A stretch of DNA of 64,000 bases from Octopus bimaculoides (taxonomy: Eukaryota), in assembly GCF_001194135.2 (NCBI RefSeq), contig NC_068986.1, positions 15,976,812 through 16,040,811 on the forward strand, written 5' to 3'. Position numbers and translations under genes: made by a program. The notes below the pieces were generated by a model. The model saw only the letters and a list, made by a program, of their open reading frames with translations, did not search any database and was not told where the DNA came from. Shown here one piece after another: positions 12,944 to 25,330 of this stretch. Positions within the stretch are counted from its first letter, which is position 1; the number at the start of each line of letters is the position of its first letter.

Positions 12944-13409
12944 CTGCAATGGATATTCGCGAAGAATCGATTATTGGCAGTGTATGTGTGTACATGTGTT
13001 TCTTTTAGATCGACACTTAGCCATCTGCTGAGTTATAAAGCATTGTATATACACACGTATACATTATCTTTTAATGATTTCGTCATTAGACTGTGGCAAT
13101 GCTGGAGCACCGCCATGAAAAATTTAAGTCGAACTATTCGAACCTCCTACTTGACATATTTTTGTAAAACATAGTGCTTGAATAAACAAAGAGTCAATGC
13201 ATAAATCATTGAAGAATATCTGTGTCTTCGGAGTACCGCGTACAAAATAATCTCAATCGGTTAACTCGACATACTGATAAATTATTTACCTACGTTGCGA
13301 CGCCGTAGACTCGAAACCGAACAACATAATTACTGAGAATAGAATTTCATGACCACATACAAATATGCCTGCAAGAAACACATTCCGTAGCATTATCAGA
13401 AAGAAGGAA

Positions 13410-13410
13410 T

Positions 13411-13505
<95 letters not shown>
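13410..13505. repeat. (GT)n(GA)n microsatellite
   Basis: Directly visible. Confidence 0.97.
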
Positions 13506-13508
<3 letters not shown>

Positions 13509-14417
13509 GCGAACAGCCGATCTCTTCACTGATTGGACAGAATATTCTCCGTTATCATCCTGCGAAAATCAAATCAACACACACATTTCCTTGTGTAACA
13601 GAAGCAATAACTCATCATTGTCTTAGCATTCTCTTCCCTCCATTTCCTTCCCCCAACATTTTTATTCTCAAGATTCAACACTATTTGTATGAAATCCGAG
13701 GCGTTTAGCAAATAATTCATTCAATCATTAAACATCAAATCTATCATTTTGATTTGCTGCGGGGTTGTGATAACGTTTCTATGTCGGTGTAGAGACATTT
13801 TATCTTTTTTTAAGCGTACATTCAGGATGTATGTGTTTGTGTGAATATGTTTATATTTACACACATGGACACGCACATGCATACACATACACGTACACAC
13901 ACACACAAGCGTGTGCACACACACAAACATACGCAAACATACGCAATCATAAAATATGCATATACGTATGCATATATACGTGCGTATGTAAGTATATATN
14001 NNNNNNNNNNNNNNNNNNNNNNNNNNNNNNNNNNNNNNNNNNNNNNNNNNNNNNNNNNNNNNNNNNNNNNNNNNNNNNNNNNNNNNNNNNNNNNNNNNNN
14101 NNNNNNNNNNNNNNNNNNNNNNNNNNNNNNNNNNNNNNNNNNNNNNNNNNNNNNNNNNNNNNNNNNNNNNNNNNNNNNNNNNNNNNNNNNNNNNNNNNNN
14201 NNNNNNNNNNNNNNNNNNNNNNNNNNNNNNNNNNNNNNNNNNNNNNNNNNNNNNNNNNNNNNNNNNNNNNNNNNNNNNNNNNNNNNNNNNNNNNNNNNNN
14301 NNNNNNNNNNNNNNNNNNNNNNNNNNNNNNNNNNNNNNNNNNNNNNNNNNNNNNNNNNNNNNNNNNNNNNNNNNNNNNNNNNNNNNNNNNNNNNNNNNNN
14401 NNNNNNNNNNNNNNNNN

Positions 14418-14490
<73 letters not shown>

Positions 14491-15227
14491 CGCGTGTGTA
14501 TGCTTGTGTATGAATGTGTGCATCCCTGTGTGCGCGTTGCATGTGTCGTTTTGTGTATGCGTATAGATGTGTGTGTTTGATTTTTTTTGTGCCAGATTAT
14601 AGTGTGTACATGTGTTTATAATTCTTGATTTCGTATTTTAAGACACGTTTGAGACCACTAAGACATCTATTTTGTAAAGAAAATCGATTTTTCAAAGTAT
14701 TTATTAGCATCATGCCGACATATTTGCTTCCATGCAGTATTCTTTAACGGTTTTAGAGTTGATCGTAAAGAGAATGGAAAATTGGACAGAAAGAAAAAGA
14801 GAATGAAAGAAAGTGAGGAAGAAAATTATGCGAATCATAGAAACAAAGAATAAACGAAGGAAAGAAGAGAGGATGGAGAGGAAGGAAATAAAGAGGAAAA
14901 TAATGAAATAATAAAATAAAAATGAATGATGTAAAGAAAAAAAATGAAGTTATGGAAATTAAAAAGAAAATAGAAATATACAAAGAAATGCAATTGTAAC
15001 AAAAAATCATTTTTAAAATAGATCCATAGAGAAAAAAAGAAATTACAAATATAAAAAATAAGATTCGCTTCATCTACTGCCGCCATCTTGCCCCGCCGCA
15101 CAAAACGTTGAAGTATCAACAAACATGAGATAAAATAACTTCTGCATAAGATGAAGAAAATAAAACTAAAAATTGAGAACGGCTATATGGGAAAATGAAA
15201 ACAGGAAAATAAGTCATATAATACAAC

Positions 15228-15262
<35 letters not shown>

Positions 15263-16883
15263 NNNNNNNNNNNNNNNNNNNNNNNNNNNNNNNNNNNNNN
15301 NNNNNNNNNNNNNNNNNNNNNNNNNNNNNNNNNNNNNNNNNNNNNNNNNNNNNNNNNNNNNNNNNNNNNNNNNNNNNNNNNNNNNNNNNNNNNNNNNNNN
15401 NNNNNNNNNNNNNNNNNNNNNNNNNNNNNNNNNNNNNNNNNNNNNNNNNNNNNNNNNNNNNNNNNNNNNNNNNNNNNNNNNNNNNNNNNNNNNNNNNNNN
15501 NNNNNNNNNNNNNNNNNNNNNNNNNNNNNNNNNNNNNNNNNNNNNNNNNNNNNNNNNNNNNNNNNNNNNNNNNNNNNNNNNNNNNNNNNNNNNNNNNNNN
15601 NNNNNNNNNNNNNNNNNNNNNNNNNNNNNNNNNNNNNNNNNNNNNNNNNNNNNNNNNNNNNNNNNNNNNNNNNNNNNNNNNNNNNNNNNNNNNNNNNNNN
15701 NNNNNNNNNNNNNNNNNNNNNNNNNNNNNNNNNNNNNNNNNNNNNNNNNNNNNNNNNNNNNNNNNNNNNNNNNNNNNNNNNNNNNNNNNNNNNNNNNNNN
15801 NNNNNNNNATATATATATATATGAGGAAGTATATAAAAAATAAACAAAGGTTGAAAGCAAAGAATTAATGTTGTGGATGATTCAAAGAAATTTTCAAAAT
15901 ATGAACGTCAATCATGGTGGCGGGAGGAGGTTGTAAGGAAATATAGAATGAATAAGAAAAATAAAGAAAGACGTAAAGATGAATTAAATTTAAAGGTAGG
16001 AATGCAAAGGAGAAAATAATTAACAATAAAAAAATAAAAGTATTTTTTTAAAAAAAGTTGTATTTAAGCAACGAAGAACATGCATAAAAAAAAATACGAG
16101 AGGTTATATGTGAAAGAAAGGTAAAGCAATATGTGAGGAGAAAGAACGATGGAGAGAAAGAACAAGAAACATAGTGAAAGATATAGAGCGAGAGATGTGG
16201 GAGAGGAGTTGGAGTAGTAAATAGCCATTAAGGATAGAGACGTTAAGTCAGAAACCATAATGTAATCGATTGATTGCTTACAGTTCATGAGTTCAAATGA
16301 TATTCAGGTGTTTGTTTACGGTTCCCGAGAGCAAGGAAGAAATGACGTCAATTATGCATAGCGCTACAACACCAGCATGTGACGTAATATGTTATGTGTA
16401 TGGACGCATGCTAAGATTTGTTGATAAAAAAAACATATTTAGTTAGATATAGGTTAGAAGTATAACTCAGGTTTAAGAGCACATTCGGTTTGTAAATTGA
16501 TATGTTAATACGAGAATATCTCTCACAGCAAGAAACGATTAGAAAATAAACGGATGATAACACACCAACGAAAGGAATGTCATTTGCTGTATAAAGTAAC
16601 GTAACAGACTTTAAAAAAAATACTGTTATGATAATGTCTTTTTATCTCCAAATCCTGGATATTTTAGTGCGGTTAACCGGGCCCAAAGACTCTGAATGAT
16701 CATAAACACAATACTATTCCTAAATTGGAAACCAATCCTTCGGAAGGTTGTTCATTGAGAGCGGAATCAAGTGGAACAGAGTGATATAAAGTGATTTCCT
16801 CAAGATCACAACGTATCACTTGGCAAATGAAATCACGATTTTGCTTGCAACACCTCAATCGATAAACAGAATACCTTCACCAT

Positions 16884-16884
16884 T

Positions 16885-16954
<70 letters not shown>

Positions 16955-16955
16955 G

Positions 16956-16990
<35 letters not shown>

Positions 16991-17020
16991 GATCTATCTA
17001 TCTATCTATCTATCTATCTA
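16884..17020. repeat. (TCTA)n microsatellite with TCGA variants
   Basis: Directly visible. Confidence 0.97.
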
Positions 17021-17604
17021 NNNNNNNNNNNNNNNNNNNNNNNNNNNNNNNNNNNNNNNNNNNNNNNNNNNNNNNNNNNNNNNNNNNNNNNNNNNNNNNN
17101 NNNNNNNNNNNNNNNNNNNNNNNNNNNNNNNNNNNNNNNNNNNNNNNNNNNNNNNNNNNNNNNNNNNNNNNNNNNNNNNNNNNNNNNNNNNNNNNNNNNN
17201 NNNNNNNNNNNNNNNNNNNNNNNNNNNNNNNNNNNNNNNNNNNNNNNNNNNNNNNNNNNNNNNNNNNNNNNNNNNNNNNNNNNNNNNNNNNNNNNNNNNN
17301 NNNNNNNNNNNNNNNNNNNNNNNNNNNNNNNNNNNNNNNNNNNNNNNNNNNNNNNNNNNNNNNNNNNNNNNNNNNNNNNNNNNNNNNNNNNNNNNNNNNN
17401 NNNNNNNNNNNNNNNNNNNNNNNNNNNNNNNNNNNNNNNNNNNNNNNNNNNNNNNNNNNNNNNNNNNNNNNNNNNNNNNNNNNNNNNNNNNNNNNNNNNN
17501 NNNNNNNNNNNNNNNNNNNNNNNNNNNNNNNNNNNNNNNNNNNNNNNNNNNNNNNNNNNNNNNNNNNNNNNNNNNNNNNNNNNNNNNNNNNNNNNNNNNN
17601 NNNN

Positions 17605-17700
17605 TGCAGGAAAAAAGAGTTTGACGCTCGGGAAAAATGGAAAAGTCTGTTACGTTTCGAACCTACGCTCTTCGACAGAAATGAATGAGAGAATATAGAG
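17605..17700 (-). mobile_element. Penelope-like terminal repeat fragment (family P1) with hammerhead-like core at 17651-17678
   Basis: Minus strand: UUUCUGUCGA A GAGC GUAG GUUC GAAACGUA ACAG...CCCGAGCGTCAAACT. Homologous to 18355-18495, 19740-19895 and 39283-39345. The Penelope assignment is inferred from the hammerhead arrangement. Confidence 0.65.
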
Positions 17701-18354
17701 AAAGAATGAGAAAAAAAATGTGTTGTATTAAATATATGTGTGTGGTGTGTGTGTGGTGTGTGTGGGGTTGTGGGGGTGTGGGTGTGTGGGTGTGGGGGAG
17801 TATGTGTGTGTGTGTGCGTGCGTGTGTATGTGGTTGTCTGTGTGTGTTTCTTTTTCAAGAATGTCTAACTCCTTAGTCATTAAGAAGATTAGAGACACTA
17901 GAGTAATAAAATCAACTTTTCTTGCATGAGGGTTTTAATCTTAGCTTGGTTTGACAAGTAGTCGCTGCTCCTATCTACGCTGATGTCTATACTTCTGCCG
18001 TTGTGCTGTACGAAGCGAATGGGATACATAAAGATAAACTGGATTATTTCGATTACATTAACGTCCAATGAGCTGCATATAGTATGCATCATGCAATATA
18101 TGACGTATTCTAAGCACAAATCATTCGGCTTAGTATTAGTTAATCAAAGTAATCGAAATCCATACTCTCACTTACGTTCATAAGCATATATTATGTCATA
18201 TAATGTGCAATATAATACATGTAATTAAGCTCGTTTCTATACATCTTGTACTAACCGTATGTATATAAGATGCTGCTCGAAAATCAGAAAACGCGTTTTT
18301 GGTTCTACATACATGTAGAGATGGACCGCTAAAATCTACATTTTTTTTTTTTTT

Positions 18355-18495
18355 CGTTCTCTCTCAATTTATTTGCTCTTATTCCGTTTTGTTGAAGAAT
18401 GTAAGCTCGAAAGGTAAACAACTTTTTCCTTTTCCCGAGCGTCAAACTAATACACCTGCCTTCATCTTTTGTTTATAATAAATTTCAACTACAGG
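18355..18495 (+). mobile_element. Penelope-like terminal repeat fragment (family P1), degenerate hammerhead
   Basis: TTGTTGAAGAATGTAAGCTCGAAAGGTAAAC...CCCGAGCGTCAAACTAATACACCTG. The CCCGAGCGTCAAACT block is shared with the 17605 copy. Confidence 0.6.
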
Positions 18496-18855
18496 TGCAA
18501 TACTTAGCCATTAGGTTAAACAATGTTTAAAGATCCAATGTTAAGGATCATTTACAGAAAATTTTAAAATATGAACGTCACTGAAGTCTAGATGAAAGTA
18601 GGTGCTAGAAAAACAGTAAACGGATATATAGTTAAGAATAAAAATACCAGCGATATACCTGCAGCACCCGTGGCGTTGTTTGACCAAAGATCTATTTTTC
18701 CTTTGGTATAAATATTGAAGGAATTTCAACTCGCATAAAAATAAATAGAAAACCACTAATACAGGACGACAATCATCACCCATGGGAATCCCCTTAAATG
18801 TGAAGATAGAAATATAAAGAAATCAATATAACCAAATTTGTAGCCTTTGCTAATA

Positions 18856-19048
18856 TGAGTTTCAAATTCTGCACAAGGCCAGCAATTTCCAGTAAGGTGG
18901 GGATTACATCTATCAATTGGTACTTATTTCATTGACTCCATATTATGAAACGCAAATTTGACCTCGACGGAAATTGAACTCAGAACTTAAGGACAGATGA
19001 AATGTCGCTAAAAATTTTGGTCGGCGTGCTAACCATTCTGCCAGCTTT
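18856..19048 (-). mobile_element. SINE family A, degenerate
   Basis: Contains GACCTCGACGGAAATTGAACTCAGAAC and CGGCGTGCTAACCATTCTGCCAGC, reverse complements of family A blocks. Confidence 0.8.
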
Positions 19049-19705
19049 CCATCTAAATCAGTGTTAATATTAAATGTTTGTTAAAGCGGCGAGCTTTAGC
19101 ATAATCTTATATTATATTCTTATAATAACATAATGTAATACAATATAAGTAATAAATATTAAATATAATTCACGTACAAATGTGTCAATGCTTGGCCACA
19201 ATAAAATTATAACGATTCATTGTAAACAAACAGACTCAAATTCAGACTTATTGGATATGTGATTCCTAAAATATATAAGAAGAGATTCTTTGCCTACAAA
19301 CAATGAACTTTTATAATTCTATTATGGCCAAGAATTGAAACGTTTATATTAAATATTTATATTAAATATTTATTATTTATTATATTGTATCATATTGTTA
19401 TAACAATATAATATAAAATACTATTATGCTTTTAGATTTAAAATTTTAATTATTGAATTGCCAATTGTTATATATATATATATATATATATATNNNNNNN
19501 NNNNNNNNNNNNNNNNNNNNNNNNNNNNNNNNNNNNNNNNNNNNNNNNNNNNNNNNNNNNNNNNNNNNNNNNNNNNNNNNNNNNNNNNNNNNNNNNNNNN
19601 NNNNNNNNNNNNNNNNNNNNNNNNNNNNNNNNNNNNNNNNNNNNNNNNNNNNNNNNNNNNNNNNNNNNNNNNNNNNNNNNNNNNNNNNNNNNNNNNNNNN
19701 NNNNN

Positions 19706-19738
<33 letters not shown>

Positions 19739-19739
19739 T

Positions 19740-19895
19740 ACGGATATATATAAAAGACGAAGACGGGGGTGTAAACAACAAAGAGATGTATTAGTTTAAT
19801 GCTCCGAATTGAGAAATTCTTTTACGTTTCGAGCTTATGCTCTTCGACAGAAAGGAACACAGAAATAAACAAGGAGAGAAAATAGAAAAAGCTTT
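19740..19895 (-). mobile_element. Penelope-like terminal repeat fragment (family P1)
   Basis: Homologous to the 17605, 18355 and 39283 copies; contains the best-formed hammerhead. Confidence 0.65.
19819..19854 (-). ncRNA. Candidate minimal type I hammerhead ribozyme, variant core CUGUCGA
   Basis: Minus strand: CUUU-CUGUCGA-A-GAGC(AUAA)GCUC-GAAAC-GUA-AAAG. Stem I is CUUU/AAAG, stem II is 4 bp, the putative cleavage triplet is GUA, and stem III is a short self-complementary ACGU as in dimer-acting Penelope hammerheads. Confidence 0.55.
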
Positions 19896-19904
19896 TGTGG
19901 CTAG

Positions 19905-20065
19905 CGATCTATCATATACATAGGATGGGCTTCCGCACTGATTCCGTGTACCAAATTCACTCCCAAGGCATTGATCGGCTTGGGCTAAAGTTGAAGGCAT
20001 TTTTCCAAGGTGCTACACAGTGAGACTGATCCCTGAACCATGCGATTGAAAACCGAGCTCCCTCG
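19905..20065 (-). mobile_element. tRNA-headed SINE family B (CORE-like), degenerate
   Basis: CCAAGGTGCTACACAGTGAGACTGATCCCTGAACCATG is the reverse complement of the 60770 copy; CCTTGG-containing CORE-like block. Confidence 0.65.
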
Positions 20066-20099
20066 CTAAGATTTCTGCTGCTTTTACATTTAAGTTTTA

Positions 20100-20200
20100 T
20101 GAGTATTTCCTTCGTCTTTCATTTCTGAGTTCAAATTTCGCCGAGGTCGATGTGCGTCCCATCTTTCGGGATTGATAAATTAAGTACCACTTGAGCATTG
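20100..20200 (+). mobile_element. SINE family A, internal fragment
   Basis: TTTCTGAGTTCAAATTTCGCCGAGGTCGA...GATAAATTAAGTACC. Confidence 0.8.
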
Positions 20201-20214
20201 ATGTTATTTTCGAA

Positions 20215-20412
20215 GCCCAAGATCCGAAACTTTTAGGGGTGGGGGCCAGTCGATTAGATCGACCCAAGTACCTACGTGGCACTTAATTTATCGACCCCGA
20301 AAATATGAAAGGCGAAGTCGACCTCGGCGGAATTTGAACTCAGAATGTAAATAGAGATGAAATATCGCAAAGCATTTCGTCCGACGTGCTAACGTTTCTG
20401 CCAGCTGGCCGT
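20215..20412 (-). mobile_element. SINE family A, near full-length; inverted relative to 20100-20200
   Basis: GAAAGGCGAAGTCGACCTCGGCGGAATTTGAACTCAGAATG...CGTGCTAACGTTTCTGCCAGC. Confidence 0.88.
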
Positions 20413-20779
20413 CTGTTGTGCAGTGATGCAACTGACTAGGCGCCTTCCACAAAACTCCAAGCGTTGTGTCTATATTAGAAAGGATATAACGAGCTAAGGG
20501 TGTTGTGAAGTTAGTTTTATATTACGATACTGTGAAATGATTCTGGCTATTATTGCAGCTGTTTTTACGTGTCGAGGTCAAATGCACTATAAATTCCCGT
20601 TGAATGATATGAGACAGGTCGTTGAATGCAGTACGCTTCATGTTTGATTAATGACCACAGTGACAAGGATGGTGATGCTCTCATTAAGAGTTAAAATTTT
20701 AATGGTGACGGAGCATTGGATGTTGTCGTTGGTGTTTGTTTAGCTAGTAGTGTATGTCCTGATAAGTAGTGATGGTTGA

Positions 20780-20960
20780 TTCCAAGCTGTCTGCTTCGCT
20801 GACGAGCTTTTAGTTGTTTAACCAAATGAATCTTTACACGAGCAGTTAGCTTAGAAGCGGTGACAATTATAGTCTTGCATGCATCTAGTTAAACATTCTG
20901 CAACATTTCGGCAGTGACGCGTCTGTCGTCATTAACTTAAATAGTCTTCACGACTCCGTG
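20780..20960 (-). pseudogene. Possible highly decayed mariner transposase HTH fragment
   Basis: Minus strand reads VNDDRRVTAEMLQNV*...KLTARVKIHL, resembling the mariner DRRVT...KLSARWVPHL motifs. Stops are present and the similarity is weak. Confidence 0.3.
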
Positions 20961-21862
20961 TGACTGGAAAGTAAATGATACGGATGTACAAATATATATG
21001 CACATTTGAATGATATGTATACATGCTGTTTTCTTCGTTGGTGTTCTTGTTGATTTCAACCATGATCGTGTCAGTGAAAATCCAAACAACCTAACGTATA
21101 CATTTTCTAAAAAATTTAGTCTGAGTAATGCATCGTTGATAAGTAAACGGTGTTTCTCTAATTTGTAATCGGCGAAGTAAAGCACTTACTACTTTACGCC
21201 GGAGGAGTCGACATAAATGTAGAACAAGAAATTTCAACAAGAAATTTTAAACGGTCCTCTACGCTTGCATGTCTGATGTTGACAGCGCCATCTTTATGTA
21301 TGTATGTATGTATGTATGTATGTATGTATGTCATTATAAAGTTTCATTTCAAAATTTCTTGTCAGAAGAGAAAGAGACGGTTTCTAACCTAGATTCAAGA
21401 CGCCATTGGAATTGCAACATCAACAACAGGGTATTTTTGTTTGTATATATATATNNNNNNNNNNNNNNNNNNNNNNNNNNNNNNNNNNNNNNNNNNNNNN
21501 NNNNNNNNNNNNNNNNNNNNNNNNNNNNNNNNNNNNNNNNNNNNNNNNNNNNNNNNNNNNNNNNNNNNNNNNNNNNNNNNNNNNNNNNNNNNNNNNNNNN
21601 NNNNNNNNNNNNNNNNNNNNNNNNNNNNNNNNNNNNNNNNNNNNNNNNNNNNNNNNNNNNNNNNNNNNNNNNNNNNNNNNNNNNNNNNNNNNNNNNNNNN
21701 NNNNNNNNNNNNNNNNNNNNNNNNNNNNNNNNNNNNNNNNNNNNNNNNNNNNNNNNNNNNNNNNNNNNNNNNNNNNNNNNNNNNNNNNNNNNNNNNNNNN
21801 NNNNNNNNNNNNNNNNNNNNNNNNNNNNNNNNNNNNNNNATGTATGTATATGTGTATGTTTG

Positions 21863-21906
<44 letters not shown>

Positions 21907-21914
21907 TATATATA

Positions 21915-21960
<46 letters not shown>

Positions 21961-22011
21961 TGTGTGTGTATGTATGTATGTATTATGTATGTATGTATGT
22001 ATACATAAACC

Positions 22012-22175
22012 GCAGGTATGGCTCCGTGATAAGAAGATTGTTTTGGAACCCTATGATTTCTAGTTCAATCCCACTGCACTTCACCTAGGGCATGCATCAT
22101 TTATCATAGACCGGTGCCGACAAATACATCGTGAGTATATTTTGCCGATTGAAACTCCATATAAGTGTTGCATAA
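22012..22175 (+). mobile_element. tRNA-headed SINE family B, degenerate
   Basis: GCAGGTATGGCTCCGTGATAAGAAG...AGTTCAATCCCACTGCAC...CCTAGGGCA has A/B-box-like motifs and is collinear with 45615 and 60770. Confidence 0.6.
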
Positions 22176-22269
22176 ACATACATTCTGTGTCAAGTATCAT
22201 AAAGAAACTATTTTCCCGAATTTTTGACTGAAAGTTAAGAATTTTGAAGAGAGGTGTTTGTTGATTACA

Positions 22270-22420
22270 TAGACACAAGTAATAAATTAATACTTACTTT
22301 GTCGGCCGACGGGATTAAAAGCAAAATCATCCTCGGTGGCAGTTGATCTGACAGATTTAAACCCAGAAGAGATTCCGCTGACCATTTCGTCAGGCATCTT
22401 AGCGAATCTGCAAGCTGACA
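22270..22420 (-). mobile_element. SINE family A, degenerate
   Basis: Reverse complement GCAGATTCGCTAAGATGCCTGACGAAATGGTCAGCGG...CACCGAGGATGATTTTGCTTTTAATCC. Confidence 0.65.
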
Positions 22421-22879
22421 ATTCTGCTGAGGATGACACCCAATGTGACAGAAGTACATATTTTGCATTTTCACCTCTACTGCCATCCACTTTTCTTCTG
22501 ATACTGATGCATTACCATCCTTTTTAACACTGTACGACAATATGAGATTCGCCCGCGAGAAGAATACCACAGATTCCATGCCTTCTACAGAAAATCAGCG
22601 TTAACAATGATATACAGGTTGCTTTAATAAAACTAAGCCATATGCAAATCAATCGACTGTATTTAAACGCTGAACACTGCCAAGAATTTGAGAATTTGAT
22701 CCCTCTAAAAGGCTATTGATCCCTATCCATAATGCAGATTATTGTATTTATGAATGCAATAAAATATATTAAATGAATCAGCTACTAAAGACACAAAAAG
22801 CCGTTAAGTTACTCGGTTATTAAGGTGCAGTAAATACTGTCGCTTGGCCTGGAACTTATAGATTCGGTCACACGGATTC

Positions 22880-23065
22880 TATGGTATATGAGTGACCGAG
22901 ATCACAACATCGTTCTTGGACGGGATGCCAGTCGTTATCAGGTTTACTCATATACTGCTGAAGCAACATGGAATAAAGTATTTTGCTTAAGAACACAACG
23001 TTATCCTGGTCTGGGAATCGAAACCACGATTAAGGTCGCGAACACAACACTCAAACCGTTAAGTC
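22880..23065 (-). mobile_element. tRNA-headed SINE fragment (CORE-like), degenerate
   Basis: TTGCTTAAGAACACAACG...TCTGGGAATCGAAACCACGAT gives a B-box GGTTTCGATTCCCAG on the minus strand, as at 24900. Confidence 0.55.
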
Positions 23066-24479
23066 AAAGTCCAGTTTCTTGGCGTAACTCATTAGAATTT
23101 CACTGAAAATAATAATTTTAGCATAGCACCGTACCAAAAATATTTCAGTTTTAAAGACATTATTCAATAGTCTGAGGGCTGTTTAGTCGCAATTTATAGC
23201 AGGTCGCATAATCGCTCGTTGTATGTGCTTTAGTGTATTGTAATGACGCATTGTTAGCGTTGAATGGCTGACACTTGTAAGTCTGTACCTCTTCCAAAAG
23301 CATCTTTGCATTAGAAATAATTCATTATTTACCAGAAATTTATTCCGTATGTTAAACCCTTGTGATTATTCTCGATAGTATTTCTAATTTCTGCGCTCTT
23401 GCAATACTTTATTAATGCTAGCTTATGATTCGATATTGTTTCATTAATATTTTTGATTACGTGTTCATTATGTTGAAGTCAATTATTTCGATCATGTAAT
23501 GTAATTTCCGTTGAATGCGATTTTTATTGGCTATTATGCATCTACGTATATATATACGTGTATGTACGTGTGCGTATGCTCCCCTGTGTGTATCGCTGTA
23601 TGCATTAGTTTCTCTAATTTCTAGTTTCCTATACGAAACTATTTGTATATCTATTATTAACTAAATTTCTTTCATTACATTAAGTGTTTCATACATGAAA
23701 GATAATCAGATAGCTTTCTAAACGCTAGTCAATAATATACAAATAAGTTACTATACCACACCAAAATAAATTCAACGCAATAAACACAATATTTACCACG
23801 TCAAGAATCAACAAACAATATCATACAACATAAATCAAAGCTAACTGAGAAAGCAAATTAATTGACATCAGACGTATCTTACAGAGAATACAGCAAAAAT
23901 GGAATAGGATATTAATCATAGAAAATATATTAATCTCTAAATATAAAATACATTACAAAACCTGACGTAACAAAGAAAGACCAGTCATAACATTTGAAAA
24001 TATTTGCTGACTATTGAGGTATATGTAATGTTAATGGTCAACAATTTAGAATACAACGATAACTAAACCTTCATGAAAGCATCGTCATTCTTGGTTAAAA
24101 CGACGCGGCTGAAAGCTACCTCTAAATAACCATGAAATGCAGAATAAATCTCTGCATCATCAAACATCTTTCAACAAATCTGTCCCAGTATAAGCGCAAA
24201 GCCTTAAACGTTTTCGAGGGCAGGACGCTAATCGACTGCATTGTTTTTAATGCTCAACTGTTAGTTATTTTGTCGGCACCAAAGCGATGAAATGTAAATT
24301 CGACTTCGATGGAGTTTCAACTCAGAACATAAAGCCGAAGCGTTTTGCGATTTTGACAACTTGAATAAACGAATGTTTGTCTACAAAGCTGTTACCTGAG
24401 AAGAAAACCGTTGCGCAGTTGAAGATATTCTTAAAAGTAATCCTTTGATATAAATCACTGAGTTTCACCTGTTACCCTC

Positions 24480-24966
24480 ATACGACTCACCACCTGTCGA
24501 ATGTGACTTGGTTTTGTTGCAAATTGTCCTAGAGACCTATGCAAAATTACATTAAAATAATTCCATTTGCATATATGATCAAATGAACCATAATGCAATC
24601 TTGGCTCTCGGTCGGTTGCGACGACGAGGCTTCCAGTTGATCCGATCAACGGAACAGCCAGCTCGTGCAAGTGGCTGAGCACTCCACATATATATGTACC
24701 CTTAAAGTAGTTCTCGGGGAGATTCACCGTAAACAGAGTGTGACACGGTTAGCCCATTGAAATACAGGTACAACAGAAACAAGAAGAAAGAGAGAGAAAG
24801 TTGTGGTGAAAGTATACGGCAGGGTACGCCACCATCCACTGCCGGAGCCTCATGGAGCTTTAGGTGTTTTCGCTCAATAAACACTTACAATGACCTTTGT
24901 GGGAATCGAAACTGCGATCCTACGACCTCCAGTACGCTGCCCTAACCACTGGGCCATTGCGCCTCC
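24480..24966 (-). mobile_element. tRNA-headed SINE family D (~490 bp)
   Basis: Minus-strand head GGAGGCGCAATGGCCCAGTGGTTAGGGCAGCG...GTTTCGATTCCCA (A box TGGCCCAGTGG, B box GTTTCGATTCC), followed by a long non-tRNA body. No acceptor stem or CCA, so it is not a tRNA gene. Confidence 0.85.
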
Positions 24967-25164
24967 ACCATAATGTAATATATGTACAATCAATCACTAA
25001 TAGCTTTATCGAAATATTTTCTGTAGCGCTTTACCTATAGAATAGAGTACGCCGAACACAGAATATAGTAAATCATAACCAAACGATCTTTAGAAGGTTT
25101 ACACACATTTCGATTAAATTTCTTGTACATTATTTACCCCAAGATTCCGACTTCGATTCCAGGC

Positions 25165-25329
<165 letters not shown>

Positions 25330-25330
<1 letters not shown>

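Noticed and set aside
13290-13325. CGTTGCGACGCCGTAGACTCGAAACCG, resembling the P1 hammerhead
   Set aside because: The core and cleavage site are too degraded, and the flanking P1 sequence is absent.
16342-16387. CRE-like sites TGACGTCA and TGACGTAA
   Set aside because: Octamers are expected by chance in 64 kb, and there is no promoter context.
24900-24966. tRNA-like sequence
   Set aside because: A and B boxes are present but there is no acceptor stem or cloverleaf; it is the head of a SINE.
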